The notes: generated by a model not told the origin, from the letters alone. Positions 1-9,630 are shown, counted from the stretch's first letter. The stretch is DNA of 19,414 bases from Candidatus Krumholzibacteriia bacterium (GCA_036478295.1 JAZGDW010000286.1:1-19414); one strand, 5' to 3'. Program-made: numbers and translations.

Positions 1-272
1 TTGAGCCGGTCACCGCAGTACTGGCACCGGTGCTTGTCCCTTGCGTAGATGTTTTGGCGGGAAAACTTGATCTCGCGCCGGCGGAATCCGACAAACCTCA
101 GCAGCCGCACCACGGCGGGCACGCGAAGCGCACGACTCTCCGAGCGGATTTCCCGCTCTGTTTCCTCGAGCACTTCCACCTTCTCGAGAAAAATCAGCTT
201 CAGCGCCCGCTTCCAGTTGATGACGTTCAACGGCTCGAACGACGCGTTTAGTAGTAGAACCTGTGAGAACTC
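1..272 (-). CDS. HNH endonuclease (McrA-like), N-terminal part; runs off the left edge; canonical start codon missing
   Basis: Manual translation of the minus strand (not in the ORF track): FSQVLLLNASFEPLNVINWKRALKLIFLEKVEVLEE...VPAVVRLLRFV...KFSRQNIYARDKHRCQYCGDRL. This has the typical VLLLNAxxEPL N-terminus and the RDxxxCQYCG zinc motif. SD AAGGAG at 283-278. Confidence 0.85.
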
Positions 273-420
273 AGTCGCTCCTTGCTATGGGTGCGTGTTT
301 CTTTCCTATATTGTGAAGGAATATACCCCACCCCGGCGCAAATTGCAAAGGTCGCGCCAATCCGCCACCCCTTGGGAAGAAAATTCTCGATACGCCGTCG
401 AATCGAGGCAAAAAAAGTGA

Positions 421-448
421 TTGCCTTGCCCGCCCCATCCGGTAAGAT
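421..448 (+). promoter_or_regulatory. putative sigma70 promoter for the nfeD-stomatin operon
   Basis: TTGCCT (421-426), 16 nt, TAAGAT (443-448). Confidence 0.35.
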
Positions 449-510
449 TAATCATGAGTAACACTTTCGGCCTGCGTGGCCCTGCCCGTCTTTCCGGAGC
501 CGTATCCGTC

Positions 511-1836
511 ATGCTTTCTCTAATCTCGATCACTCGCCGCCCGTGGCTGGCTCTCCCACTGCTTCTCTGCATGTTGTCCGGTTGCAACTCGAAAGACGCT
601 GCCGCCGAGGAGAACGGCGCCCCGCACGTCGTCGTCGCCGCCATCGACGGTGCCATCGGTCCGGTGACCGTCGGCTACGTTCACCGCGTTCTCGAGGCCG
701 CGACTCCGCAGAATCCCGAGTGCGTCATTTTTACGCTCGACACGCCCGGCGGGTTGGACGCGTCGATGCGCAGCATCATCAAGGACATCCTCGCCAGCCG
801 AATTCCCGTGGTGATTTTCGTATACCCGAGCGGAGCGCGTGCCGCCAGTGCCGGCGCGATAATCAGCCTCGCCGCCCACATTGTGGCAATGGCGCCCGCC
901 ACGAATATCGGCGCCGCCCATCCCGTGGCCATCGGCCAGGGCAAAATGGACGAGGAAATGTCGGCCAAGGTCACCAACGACGCCGCCGCCTTCGCCAGGA
1001 GCCTCGCCGCCGACCGGGGTCGCGACGAGGAATGGGCGGAGAACATCGTTCGTGAGAGCATATCATCCACGGCGAAAGAAGTCCTCGAGCTCGGGGTCAT
1101 CGATATAATTGCGGACGACATCAGCGATTTACTCACCAAGCTGGACGGCCGCGATGTGACGATCGACGACCGCGAGATGACACTATCAACGGCGTCGGCC
1201 GAAGTGGTCGAAGAGGCCATGTCGTTTCGCGAAAAACTACTCGCTCAAATTTCGGATCCAAACATCGCGTACCTGCTCATGCTGCTCGGCATGTTTGGAA
1301 TCTTCTTCGAACTGCAGAACCCAGGCGCGATTTTTCCCGGCGTCGTCGGCGCCATCTCGATCTTGCTCGCGTTCTTCGCCCTGCAAGTGCTGCCCGTGAA
1401 CTACGCCGGCGTCGGCCTGGTGCTGCTGGCGATAATACTCTTCGTTTTGGAAATCAAGATTCCCTCCGGGGGGATGCTCACCGTAGGGGGTGTCGTGTCC
1501 ATGCTTATCGGTTCGATCATGTTCATCGATTCACCACTGCCGTTCATGCGCGTGTCGCTGTCGGTGATCATACCGGCCGTCGTTTTCACAGCGTTGTTCT
1601 TTCTCTTCGTCGTCGGCCTGGGACTGAAGGCCCAGCGCAAAAAGGTGGCGACGGGCCACGCCGGCATGGTGGGGGAGGTTGGCGTCGCGCGGACCGACAT
1701 CGGCGAAGGCGGCTCCGTCTTCGTACACGGAGAGCACTGGAACGCCTTCAGCGATGCACCGATTCCCCAGGGTTCCAAGGTTGAAGTCGTATTCGTTCAA
1801 GGTCTCAAGGTGCAGGTAAGACAAGTTACCAAATAG
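511..1836 (+). CDS. nfeD: NfeD-family membrane-bound ClpP-class serine protease (long form), possible lipoprotein signal
   Basis: [26 protein letters not shown] motifs; central TM bundle; C-terminal OB-fold with [10 protein letters not shown]; lies directly upstream of a stomatin gene. Start uncertain (421/454/511); LSGC lipobox after ATG 511. Confidence 0.93.
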   Translation: MLSLISITRRPWLALPLLLCMLSGCNSKDAAAEENGAPHVVVAAIDGAIGPVTVGYVHRVLEAATPQNPECVIFTLDTPGGLDASMRSIIKDILASRIPVVIFVYPSGARAASAGAIISLAAHIVAMAPATNIGAAHPVAIGQGKMDEEMSAKVTNDAAAFARSLAADRGRDEEWAENIVRESISSTAKEVLELGVIDIIADDISDLLTKLDGRDVTIDDREMTLSTASAEVVEEAMSFREKLLAQISDPNIAYLLMLLGMFGIFFELQNPGAIFPGVVGAISILLAFFALQVLPVNYAGVGLVLLAIILFVLEIKIPSGGMLTVGGVVSMLIGSIMFIDSPLPFMRVSLSVIIPAVVFTALFFLFVVGLGLKAQRKKVATGHAGMVGEVGVARTDIGEGGSVFVHGEHWNAFSDAPIPQGSKVEVVFVQGLKVQVRQVTK

Positions 1837-1849
1837 GAGGTCTCCCGCA

Positions 1850-2623
1850 ATGGGTATCCCAATCCTGTCCATCGTTTTCATCGCTATCATGATCCTCGCC
1901 AGCGCCGTCCGTGTTCTGAGGGAGTACGAACGTGCCGTCGTGTTCCGGATCGGCCGGCTGGTCGGGGTCAAAGGTCCCGGCCTGGTCATTTTGATCCCGA
2001 TTGTCGATCGCATGGTCCGAGTAAGCCTGCGGGTGGTCGCCATGGACGTGGCACCGCAGGACGTGATCACGAAGGACAACGTTTCGATCAAGGTCAACGC
2101 CGTAGTTTACTTTCGTGTCATGGCCGCTGACCGGGCGATCGTCGAAGTCGAGGACTTCCTATACGCCACCACGCAGCTTGCCCAGACGACTCTGCGCTCG
2201 GTGCTCGGGCAGGTGGAGCTCGACGAGCTGCTCGCCGAGCGCGAGAGCATCAACCAGCAGCTGCAGCGCATCATCGACGAGCAAACCGATTCCTGGGGCA
2301 TCAAAGTGACGCTGGTCGAAATCAAGCACGTCGATCTGCCGGAACAGATGCAGCGGGCCATCGCCAAGCAGGCCGAGGCGGAACGCGAGCGCCGCGCCAA
2401 GGTTATTCATGCCGCCGGCGAGTTCCAGGCCGCCGACAAGCTCTTCCAAGCGGCGGAGGTGTTGAGCAAGAACCCTGTCACCATCCAACTCCGGTTCCTG
2501 CAGACACTGACCGAAGTGGCCGCGGAAAAAAACTCCACGTTGATATTCCCCATACCCATCGACATCGTGGAGCCTCTCACCAACGCGCTCAAGAGAGCTG
2601 CTCAACCTCCCGCGGATTCGTAA
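1850..2623 (+). CDS. SPFH/band-7 stomatin-like (slipin) protein
   Basis: N-terminal [56 protein letters not shown] motifs; SD AGGAGG upstream. Confidence 0.96.
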   Translation: MGIPILSIVFIAIMILASAVRVLREYERAVVFRIGRLVGVKGPGLVILIPIVDRMVRVSLRVVAMDVAPQDVITKDNVSIKVNAVVYFRVMAADRAIVEVEDFLYATTQLAQTTLRSVLGQVELDELLAERESINQQLQRIIDEQTDSWGIKVTLVEIKHVDLPEQMQRAIAKQAEAERERRAKVIHAAGEFQAADKLFQAAEVLSKNPVTIQLRFLQTLTEVAAEKNSTLIFPIPIDIVEPLTNALKRAAQPPADS

Positions 2624-2747
2624 CCGCGTTGACTGACCGAGTCGCGTACCGGCCCCGGGGCCAGGTACACCGATGCCGATCGCCACACCGCGTTCCTGAG
2701 GCTCGTATCGCGTGGTTGGTATGATAGTTGCACGGTAGGCGGGTACT

Positions 2748-3197
2748 ATGGTGCGAGCTCGCAAACACAAGGTTATTGCACACCATCTGGACGGCACCCT
2801 GGTAAGGGGCACCACGACGAACTTCACTCCGAAACGTCAGACGTTCACCATCAAATTGGACCACGGTTCGCACAGGGTCAAGGTTGCCGACCTCAAGGCT
2901 CTCTTTTTCGTCAAGGAGTTCATGGGTCGCCCCGAGTACCGGGAACGCAAGGGTTTCTTTGACGAGTCCTCCAAGGGTAGCAAGATTCTGGTGGAATTCC
3001 TGGACGGCGAGATCCTCTTCGGGTACACCTCGTCGTTCTCCGAAAAAGGCGTCGGGTTTTTCATGCTGCCCGGCGATCCGGACTCCAACAACATCAAAGT
3101 CTTCGTGGTTTACGTGGCAACCACGCGGGTCAAGTTGAAAAACTCGAACGGCGAGGCAGAGAACGTCCCCGGCGACAACATCATCTACTCAGAATAA
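2748..3197 (+). CDS. hypothetical protein with two tandem small beta-rich repeats (resembles DUF6982-type proteins)
   Basis: Internal duplication KVIAHHLDGTLVRGTTTNF / KILVEFLDGEILFGYTSSF; coding-like codon usage; family name recalled, not verified. Confidence 0.7.
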   Translation: MVRARKHKVIAHHLDGTLVRGTTTNFTPKRQTFTIKLDHGSHRVKVADLKALFFVKEFMGRPEYRERKGFFDESSKGSKILVEFLDGEILFGYTSSFSEKGVGFFMLPGDPDSNNIKVFVVYVATTRVKLKNSNGEAENVPGDNIIYSE

Positions 3198-3232
3198 CCC
3201 TTGTACCCATCCCGTGTTTTTAATAGCTTTCT

Positions 3233-4372
3233 GTGATGAAGCTAGTCTGCACGCTTATTCTGCCACTCGCCCTGCTGCTCTCCTCGTGCCAGGACATGGC
3301 GCTCGTGTACTACAACCGCGGCCTCGATGCCATCGAGCGCGGTGACGCCGAGGAGGCGATCGATCATTTCCGCAAGTCGCTGGCCATCCGCAGGAGCGAT
3401 CCCGATACGCACATGAATCTGGGCGTCGCGTACTACACGGCGGGCGAATACGACGCGGCCATGGCGCAATTCAAAATAGCACTGGACGATTATCCCGGAG
3501 ACCCTGCCCTGCATTTCAACATCGCCGAAACCTACGCGGCGATGGAGGCCTATCAAGCGGCGAGTCGTGAGTATGAGCTGGCCATTCGTTTGAAAGACGA
3601 TTTCTACCAGGCGCTCACCGCGTTCGGTAAGTTGCAGCTCGAAACGGAAAACTACAACCGTGCAGAAGAGTTGCTCGTCCATGCGATCACCGTCAAGCCG
3701 AGCTACAATCCAGCGTACGTTTATCTCGGACTTCTCTACGCCAGGACGGATAAATTTCACCAGGCTTCCGTATACCTGTACCGCGCGCTGAAGAACAACC
3801 CCGACGCCCTGGACGCGCGTCTTGGCCTCGCGCATTCTTTCTACAAGAGACAGCTGTACGAACAAGCCATTGAGGAATACGAGCGGGTGTACAGCAAGGA
3901 ACCGGATAATCGTGACGGCATCCTCGGCCTCGGCTTGTGCTACCTCGAAACGAAACGGTACCCTCAGGCGGAGAAACTCTTCAAGCAGGCCATCGAGAAC
4001 CAGTCTGAGTTTCCCGGCGCTTACAAGGCACTTGGCGACGTCTATTTTCAACAGGGCGACTTAGCCGCCGCCCTTGCCAGCTACCGCATGGCCGTCCAGC
4101 AGAGAGAGGACTTTGCCGAGGCGTACATGAAAATGGGCAATCTTTTCGTTGCCAGCGGGCATCATGCGGAGGCCAAAGAAGCCTTCGAGCACGCCCTGCG
4201 CCGCAGTCCCAACGACCCGCGCATCTTGTACCATTTAGGACAGCTCCATGTCGAAATGAACGACGCCGAGCAGGCCCGGTCATATCTGCACAAGGCGCTC
4301 GTCCTCCTCACGAACGACCCCGACCTCAAGCGGGACATCCTCAAGTCGTTGCGGGACATCGAAAATCGCTGA
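3233..4372 (+). CDS. tetratricopeptide repeat lipoprotein
   Basis: Lipobox LLLSSC followed by about ten 34-aa TPR units (YYNRG...A...F..., HMNLG...Y..A...F...). Confidence 0.9.
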   Translation: MMKLVCTLILPLALLLSSCQDMALVYYNRGLDAIERGDAEEAIDHFRKSLAIRRSDPDTHMNLGVAYYTAGEYDAAMAQFKIALDDYPGDPALHFNIAETYAAMEAYQAASREYELAIRLKDDFYQALTAFGKLQLETENYNRAEELLVHAITVKPSYNPAYVYLGLLYARTDKFHQASVYLYRALKNNPDALDARLGLAHSFYKRQLYEQAIEEYERVYSKEPDNRDGILGLGLCYLETKRYPQAEKLFKQAIENQSEFPGAYKALGDVYFQQGDLAAALASYRMAVQQREDFAEAYMKMGNLFVASGHHAEAKEAFEHALRRSPNDPRILYHLGQLHVEMNDAEQARSYLHKALVLLTNDPDLKRDILKSLRDIENR

Positions 4373-4428
4373 CATCGCCCTGACGTACCCCCAGGCGAGG
4401 TCGCGACGCGTCGCGCGCTCGACCGGGC

Positions 4429-4444
4429 TGGCACGCCCGTTGCA
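4429..4444 (+). promoter_or_regulatory. sigma54 (RpoN) -24/-12 promoter
   Basis: TGGCAC-GCCCG-TTGCA matches the TGGCAC-N5-TTGCW consensus exactly; intergenic, 27 nt before ATG 4472. Confidence 0.75.
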
Positions 4445-4471
4445 AGCCGCATCGGCAAGAGGTGATGAGTT

Positions 4472-4684
4472 ATGCTAAAGAGAATCCTGCTCGGAGCCGC
4501 GCTGCTGTCTTTCGGCGCGACCGGATGCACGATGTATGTCCGCCCAGCGCCCCCGCCCCAGCGCGTCGAGGTCAAGGTGGCCAGACCGCACAAGCATGCC
4601 ATGTGGATACCGGGTCACTGGAAATGGAAAAACCGCAAGCACGGATACGTGTGGAAGCCGGGACATTGGGAACGGCGCAGATAG
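4472..4684 (+). CDS. small YXWGXW/WXXGXW-repeat lipoprotein
   Basis: Signal peptide with lipobox GATGC; APPP linker; repeats MWIPGHW and YVWKPGHW; SD GAGGTG. Confidence 0.85.
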   Translation: MLKRILLGAALLSFGATGCTMYVRPAPPPQRVEVKVARPHKHAMWIPGHWKWKNRKHGYVWKPGHWERRR

Positions 4685-4687
4685 TCC

Positions 4688-4706
4688 CGTCGGTAAACGG
4701 CCGACG
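4688..4706. terminator. hairpin between convergent genes
   Basis: CGTCGGT-AAACG-GCCGACG; no U-tract. Confidence 0.3.
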
Positions 4707-4752
4707 CACGCACGGCCCAAGCACACCGGCCGACGCCGCCCGCCAGTACCTG

Positions 4753-5481
4753 CTATGGCAGCACGTAGAGCTGCGAGCGGCTGAGCCCGAATTTTTTTCG
4801 TTTGAGTCCCACGGTGAAGTGTCGCGTCTCGCCCGACAATATCAAAACGTTGTCGGCGCTGACCCGCTTGTTCAGACCGCCGTTTTCCAGACGGTCTCTG
4901 TATTTACCGCCCCGGCGGTTGGCAAGAATAACGGTGACACGGTGCAGGCCGGGGGTCAATCCCACCTTGATACTCTCGGGCTCCATGCGGTTGCGGATCA
5001 AAACCTCCGCTCCCTTCTTGATGACCTTGTCCGTCGTCGAATCCGCCGCCGTGTAGACCGTCCTGCCGTCTACGATGAGCACCAACTCGATGGTGTTTTC
5101 CCGTTCGTGCCCTTCCCTGTCCCGGTCACGGTGGACGCTGATCGTGCTCAATACCTTGACCTCGTCGAATTCCACATGAAGCGTGCCCGGCGCTTCGGGC
5201 GTAGACGGCGGCGGCGACGGCATCCCCGTCGCACTCCACGACGGCAACGAGTCGGCAAAATCGACGCGCAGAATCTTGTTGCGGGGAATGCGAATCTCGG
5301 CGCCGAACGAGGTCTTGAAGTAGAGCGTATCCGAGACGAACTTGACTAGCGAACCCTTGAAATTCGAGCCGTCCTTGAGAAAGACGACTTCGCCGTGGAT
5401 CGACGCTGGCGCCACGGCCACAAAAACGAGCACCAACTTCCAAAAACGCACGTGTCTCACCGTTACCACCCTTGTCAACAC
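4753..5481 (-). CDS. exported hypothetical protein (small N-terminal beta domain, Pro-rich linker, beta-sandwich-like C-terminal domain)
   Basis: Signal-peptide-like N-terminus; EVVFLKDGSNFKGSL...IPRNKILRVDF domain; co-oriented 15 nt downstream of the aminopeptidase; exact start uncertain. Confidence 0.75.
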   Translation of the reverse strand: MLTRVVTVRHVRFWKLVLVFVAVAPASIHGEVVFLKDGSNFKGSLVKFVSDTLYFKTSFGAEIRIPRNKILRVDFADSLPSWSATGMPSPPPSTPEAPGTLHVEFDEVKVLSTISVHRDRDREGHERENTIELVLIVDGRTVYTAADSTTDKVIKKGAEVLIRNRMEPESIKVGLTPGLHRVTVILANRRGGKYRDRLENGGLNKRVSADNVLILSGETRHFTVGLKRKKFGLSRSQLYVLP

Positions 5482-5496
5482 CGTCGTGACGCTACG

Positions 5497-7557
5497 CTAC
5501 TTCAGGAATACCGCCCTGCGCAGCGATTCACCTTGCGGCGTGCGGAGCCTGACGAAATACACCCCGGAAGACACTTCCTGCCCGGCCCCGTTCTTGCCGT
5601 CCCACACCACGCGGTAGAATCCAACGGGAACGGTGCCCCTGTCAAGCTCCCTTATCTTGGCTCCGGTGACGTCATAGATCGAGATCTCGAACGCTCCCGG
5701 CCGGAGAGTTTCGAACGCGATGGTCACGGTGGCGTTGAACGGATTGGGGTAAAGATCGATGTTCGGCGCCGCGGTGACCGGTGTTATGGACACGGTGCGG
5801 AGGATCCATTCGTCCGGGTCGATCGCCACCGATTGCACCGCTTCGGGCATCATGAACGTGTGGATTTCCGAGCGAGCGCTGTTCCAGATCACCTCTGTCG
5901 AGTCTCCCGAGGCCATGGTGAAACGCACGTCGATGGGCATCGTCACCGGGCTGCTCCCCTGGACCTGGCGGATGCGGAGCTCCACTTGGCTCCCGGCGCC
6001 CACGCTTTCCTGAACCCACGCGTACTCGTACCAGGGTTCGCTCCACGCGAACACAAACTGATCGAAGAACCAGTCCAGGCGTCCTCCGGGTACCTGCGAA
6101 GACGGGGGCAGCGCCTGCTCGCAGACCTCCTGAAAGTTACGGGTGGTCGCGTTGCCGTACGCGTAGCGGACGTCCGCGGCATACGCTCGAAGCGCGGTGA
6201 AGAATGCCGCGTCGCCCATTACGTGACGCAGCATGTTCAGCACCCACGCCCCGCGCCAATAGACGTTGGGGACGTCGAACAAAGCTTTGGGGTTGTAAAG
6301 GGTCCCCGTGAACCTCAGGAAACCCGTAGGCGACTGGTCGTCGGCGAAACGAAATCTGGCCATATGGCTGCGGTACGCACTGAAGCCGCCAATGTGCTCG
6401 AACCACAGGGCTTCGCTGTACGTAGCGAATCCTTCGTTCAGCCACACTTCGGGCCAGTCGGCCGGGGAAATGAGATCCCCCCACCACTGGTGTGCCAGCT
6501 CGTGGGCCACGGTCCAATCGAACGCGTTGTTACCGCGCACGAAAAAGCTCCCGTAGCTGGTGCAGGTCTGGTGTTCCAGTGCCCCGCCGAAGGGTATTTC
6601 GGCCATCGCGTACTTCTCATCGATGAAGGGATACAGTCCGAAACTGTCCGAAAAGAATTCGAGCATCGGCACGGTTACGGCGAAATCGATCGTCGCGTCC
6701 GCCACGTCCTGCGGATAGACAAAGAACTGGACTTCCATCGAATCGACAGGCGAGTAATGGTAGTAATCGCTGAACGTGCGGTAGTTCGAGATGGCGAGGG
6801 ACACCAGGTAGGTGGCGATGGGATACGTTTCTTCCCAGTCGAAGCGCTTCCACCCGTTGGGGAGATCGACCTCTCCCCGCAGGCGACCGTTGGATGCCAC
6901 GACCAGTGTATCCGGAACGGTGATCGACAGGTCAGCGGTCGCCTTGTCGCTCGGCACGTCCTTGCACGGCCACCAGCTGCGGGCGAAGAACGGCTCGCTG
7001 ATCGTATAGATGACGGGCACTCCGTTGCCCGGTGACGGGAAATGCTGCCCGAAAGCGAACGCCGGCACACCCCCCAGCGTGTTGTTCGGCCCGGTCGGCG
7101 CCCCCGCGTAGTCGATCGCCACCTCCACCGTGTCCCCCGCCGCATAGCCGGCGCCAAAGGTGACGGTCAGAATGTCGTTGCTGTGGTTGAATGCGGCGGT
7201 CGAACCGTTTTCGCGGACCGCGTATACAGTGAGGGTGGTGTCGAGATCCAGGTCGACACTCGTAAGAAGCGTCGTCGCCATAACCCGGGCGGTTACCGTA
7301 CCGGTGATCGTCCGCGCGGTCGGATCGACGGTGAGATCGATCCCGTAGTGAAGCGCATCGAACGTGCCCTGGTTGATGGCCGCCTTCTTGATCGATTCCA
7401 GGCGGTAGCGTTCTGCGATGCGAAAGCGGCGCTCCAGCTCCTGCTTGCCCAGCAGCTCGTGAAGCGTCCGCGCCGGTCGCTCCTGCGGGACGCCCGGAGA
7501 CACGCTGAGCGACACCATAAGCAGTGCGAGAAGCAAAACGACGTGTCTGGGTTTCAT
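5497..7557 (-). CDS. secreted M1-family zinc aminopeptidase with C-terminal FlgD-Ig/T9SS-like sorting domain
   Basis: GGALEH (GAMEN-like), HELAHQWWG...WLNEGFATY (HExxH-x18-E), ARSWWPC motifs; C-terminus YPNPFN...IYDVTG...WDGKN...SGVYFVRL; signal peptide after ATG 7557 (ORF is open to 7632). Confidence 0.93.
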   Translation of the reverse strand: MKPRHVVLLLALLMVSLSVSPGVPQERPARTLHELLGKQELERRFRIAERYRLESIKKAAINQGTFDALHYGIDLTVDPTARTITGTVTARVMATTLLTSVDLDLDTTLTVYAVRENGSTAAFNHSNDILTVTFGAGYAAGDTVEVAIDYAGAPTGPNNTLGGVPAFAFGQHFPSPGNGVPVIYTISEPFFARSWWPCKDVPSDKATADLSITVPDTLVVASNGRLRGEVDLPNGWKRFDWEETYPIATYLVSLAISNYRTFSDYYHYSPVDSMEVQFFVYPQDVADATIDFAVTVPMLEFFSDSFGLYPFIDEKYAMAEIPFGGALEHQTCTSYGSFFVRGNNAFDWTVAHELAHQWWGDLISPADWPEVWLNEGFATYSEALWFEHIGGFSAYRSHMARFRFADDQSPTGFLRFTGTLYNPKALFDVPNVYWRGAWVLNMLRHVMGDAAFFTALRAYAADVRYAYGNATTRNFQEVCEQALPPSSQVPGGRLDWFFDQFVFAWSEPWYEYAWVQESVGAGSQVELRIRQVQGSSPVTMPIDVRFTMASGDSTEVIWNSARSEIHTFMMPEAVQSVAIDPDEWILRTVSITPVTAAPNIDLYPNPFNATVTIAFETLRPGAFEISIYDVTGAKIRELDRGTVPVGFYRVVWDGKNGAGQEVSSGVYFVRLRTPQGESLRRAVFLK

Positions 7558-7649
7558 CGGAAAATCCATTAAGGGGAGGCAGATGAGGTATGCACTAAGT
7601 ATAAACCATCGAAATCCTGAATACCACGCCAATTTGCGTCACAGCGAGG

Positions 7650-7678
7650 TTGCCTTCGCGCGCTCGCTCTCTTACAAT
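7650..7678 (+). promoter_or_regulatory. putative sigma70 promoter of the yitJ-like gene
   Basis: TTGCCT (7650-7655), 17 nt, TACAAT (7673-7678), 40 nt before ATG 7719. Confidence 0.6.
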
Positions 7679-7718
7679 TACCACTATAGTATTAGCCGTA
7701 TTTCCGGCAAGGAATCCC

Positions 7719-9554
7719 ATGGCAAGCGATTTCATAGAGCAACTGAACGAGCGTATCATACTCGCCGACGGCGCGATGGGCACCATGGTGTATTCGCGAG
7801 GCGTTTTCATCAACACGTGTTTCGACGAGCTCAACCTCACACGACCCAACCTCGTCCAGGAGATCCATGAGGAGTACGTCCGTGCGGGTGCCGAACTGAT
7901 AGAGACCAACACGTTCGGGGCCAACCGGTACAAGCTGGGCGCGTTCGGTGTCGAAGACCGCATCACCAAGATCAACCAGGCGGGCGCGCGCCTGGCGAGG
8001 AAGGTCGCCGGCGACGACGTCTACGTGGCGGGGTCGATGGGTCCTCTGGGCAAACCGCTGCAGCCGCTGGGCCAGATCAGCAGGCAGGAAGCCCTCGACG
8101 CCTTCCGCGAGCAGGCCGAGGCGCTGGCCGGCGACGTCGACTTGTTGATGATCGAGACCATTCCCAGTATCGAAGAGATGAAGATCGCCATCGAGGCGGC
8201 CCAATCGGTGTGCTCCCTACCCATCGTTGCCCAGCTGACCTTTACAGAGGAAGGCCAGACGCTCATGGGCGACACGCCGGAACACGTCGTGGAGCAACTG
8301 GCGCCCTACGATCTCGCCGCCATCGGCTGCAACTGCGCGATCGGCCCACAGCCCATGCTCGAGACGGTCGAGAGACTGCGCGCCCTGACGGAGCGCCCGC
8401 TCACCGCGCTGCCCAACGCCGGCGCCCCGAGACTCGTGGAAGGCCGCTACATCTATCTGACCTCTCCAGAATACATGGCCGAATACGCCAAGCGCCTCAT
8501 CGCCGCAGGTGTCTCCTTGATCGGTGGATGCTGCGGCACCACGCCCGACCACATCCGCAGCATGTCGGCGGCCATCAGGGCTCTGAGACCCGTTCACGTG
8601 CAGCTCACAGCACCCGCGCACGCTGAAGACGAGCGGAAGCCGCTGCCCGAGTCACCCTTCGAACAGCGTAGCGCTTTCGCCAAGGCGCTCACGCGCGAAT
8701 TCGTTATCAGTGTGGAGATCGACCCACCGAAAGGACTCGACCCGACAAGGGCGCTGGAGGCCGCCCGCATCATGAAGGACAACGGGGTCCACATCATTAA
8801 CATTGCCGACGGTCCCCGCGCGAGCGCGCGTATGAGCCCGATGACCCTGGCCACCCTCATGCAGCGGGAAGTCGGGATCGAAACCCTGCTCCACTACTGT
8901 TGCCGCGACCGCAATCTGCTGGGCATGCAGGCCGACCTTATCGGGGCCAACGCGATCGATTTGAGGAATATCCTGATCATTACCGGCGATCCCCCGAAGT
9001 TGGGCGACTATCCCAGCGCCACCGCGGTCTTCGACGTCGATGCCATCGGGCTGGTCCGGATCGTCAAGAATCTCAACCAGGGCCTGGACCTGGCCGACAA
9101 CCCGTTGGGCGCGGTCACCAGTTTTGCCATCGGGGTCGGCGCCAACCCGGGCGCCATGGACCTCGAGACCGAAGTCCGCCGCTTTTACCAGAAGGTGGCC
9201 GCCGGCGCCGAATTCGTCCTCACGCAGCCGGTATACGAGGCCGGGCTGCTCGAGCAATTCCTCGACTTGACACGGGACGTCGACATCCCGGTTCTCGTGG
9301 GACTTCTACCGCTGGCCAGCTACAAGAACGCCGAGTTCCTCCATAACGAGGTGCCGGGTATGCAGATCCCCGAACGGATCCGCGAGCGTATGCGAAAAAC
9401 CCCGGCGGGTGAGAAGGCCCGGGCCCTGGGGATCGACATCGCCCGCGATGCGCTCATGGACTGCAAGCAGCTGTCCAGGGTCCACGGCGCCTATATTATG
9501 CCCCCCTTCGGCCGCTACGACTCCGTACTGAAGATCATAGACGGAATCCTCTAG
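7719..9554 (+). CDS. yitJ: bifunctional homocysteine S-methyltransferase / 5,10-methylenetetrahydrofolate reductase (YitJ-like)
   Basis: N-domain DGAMGT, ETNTFGAN, GCNC, PNAG, IGGCCGTTP (Zn ligands); C-domain VEIDPPKG, NIADGPRA, CCRDRN, TGDPP, TQPVY, NEVPG; SD AAGGA before ATG 7719. Confidence 0.95.
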   Translation: MASDFIEQLNERIILADGAMGTMVYSRGVFINTCFDELNLTRPNLVQEIHEEYVRAGAELIETNTFGANRYKLGAFGVEDRITKINQAGARLARKVAGDDVYVAGSMGPLGKPLQPLGQISRQEALDAFREQAEALAGDVDLLMIETIPSIEEMKIAIEAAQSVCSLPIVAQLTFTEEGQTLMGDTPEHVVEQLAPYDLAAIGCNCAIGPQPMLETVERLRALTERPLTALPNAGAPRLVEGRYIYLTSPEYMAEYAKRLIAAGVSLIGGCCGTTPDHIRSMSAAIRALRPVHVQLTAPAHAEDERKPLPESPFEQRSAFAKALTREFVISVEIDPPKGLDPTRALEAARIMKDNGVHIINIADGPRASARMSPMTLATLMQREVGIETLLHYCCRDRNLLGMQADLIGANAIDLRNILIITGDPPKLGDYPSATAVFDVDAIGLVRIVKNLNQGLDLADNPLGAVTSFAIGVGANPGAMDLETEVRRFYQKVAAGAEFVLTQPVYEAGLLEQFLDLTRDVDIPVLVGLLPLASYKNAEFLHNEVPGMQIPERIRERMRKTPAGEKARALGIDIARDALMDCKQLSRVHGAYIMPPFGRYDSVLKIIDGIL

Positions 9555-9630
9555 GGCCCCGCCCCGGCGTAACGGGGGCGTCCCACACCCATTCGGGGCT
9601 CGGGTATGCTGTGTTCTGTGGTTTCTCCCC

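Noticed and set aside
1..272. HNH gene as evidence of a mobile element or intron
   Set aside because: It resembles the stand-alone chromosomal HNH family; no terminal repeats, transposase or intron structure visible.
511..2623. nfeD-stomatin pair as a novel system
   Set aside because: Well-known, widely conserved operon.
5395..7035. 546-aa + strand ORF and other long antisense ORFs (4462-5349, 14410-15351, 15651-16559, 3242-4051)
   Set aside because: Shadow ORFs of GC-rich genes on the opposite strand; Arg/His-rich with no recognisable motifs.
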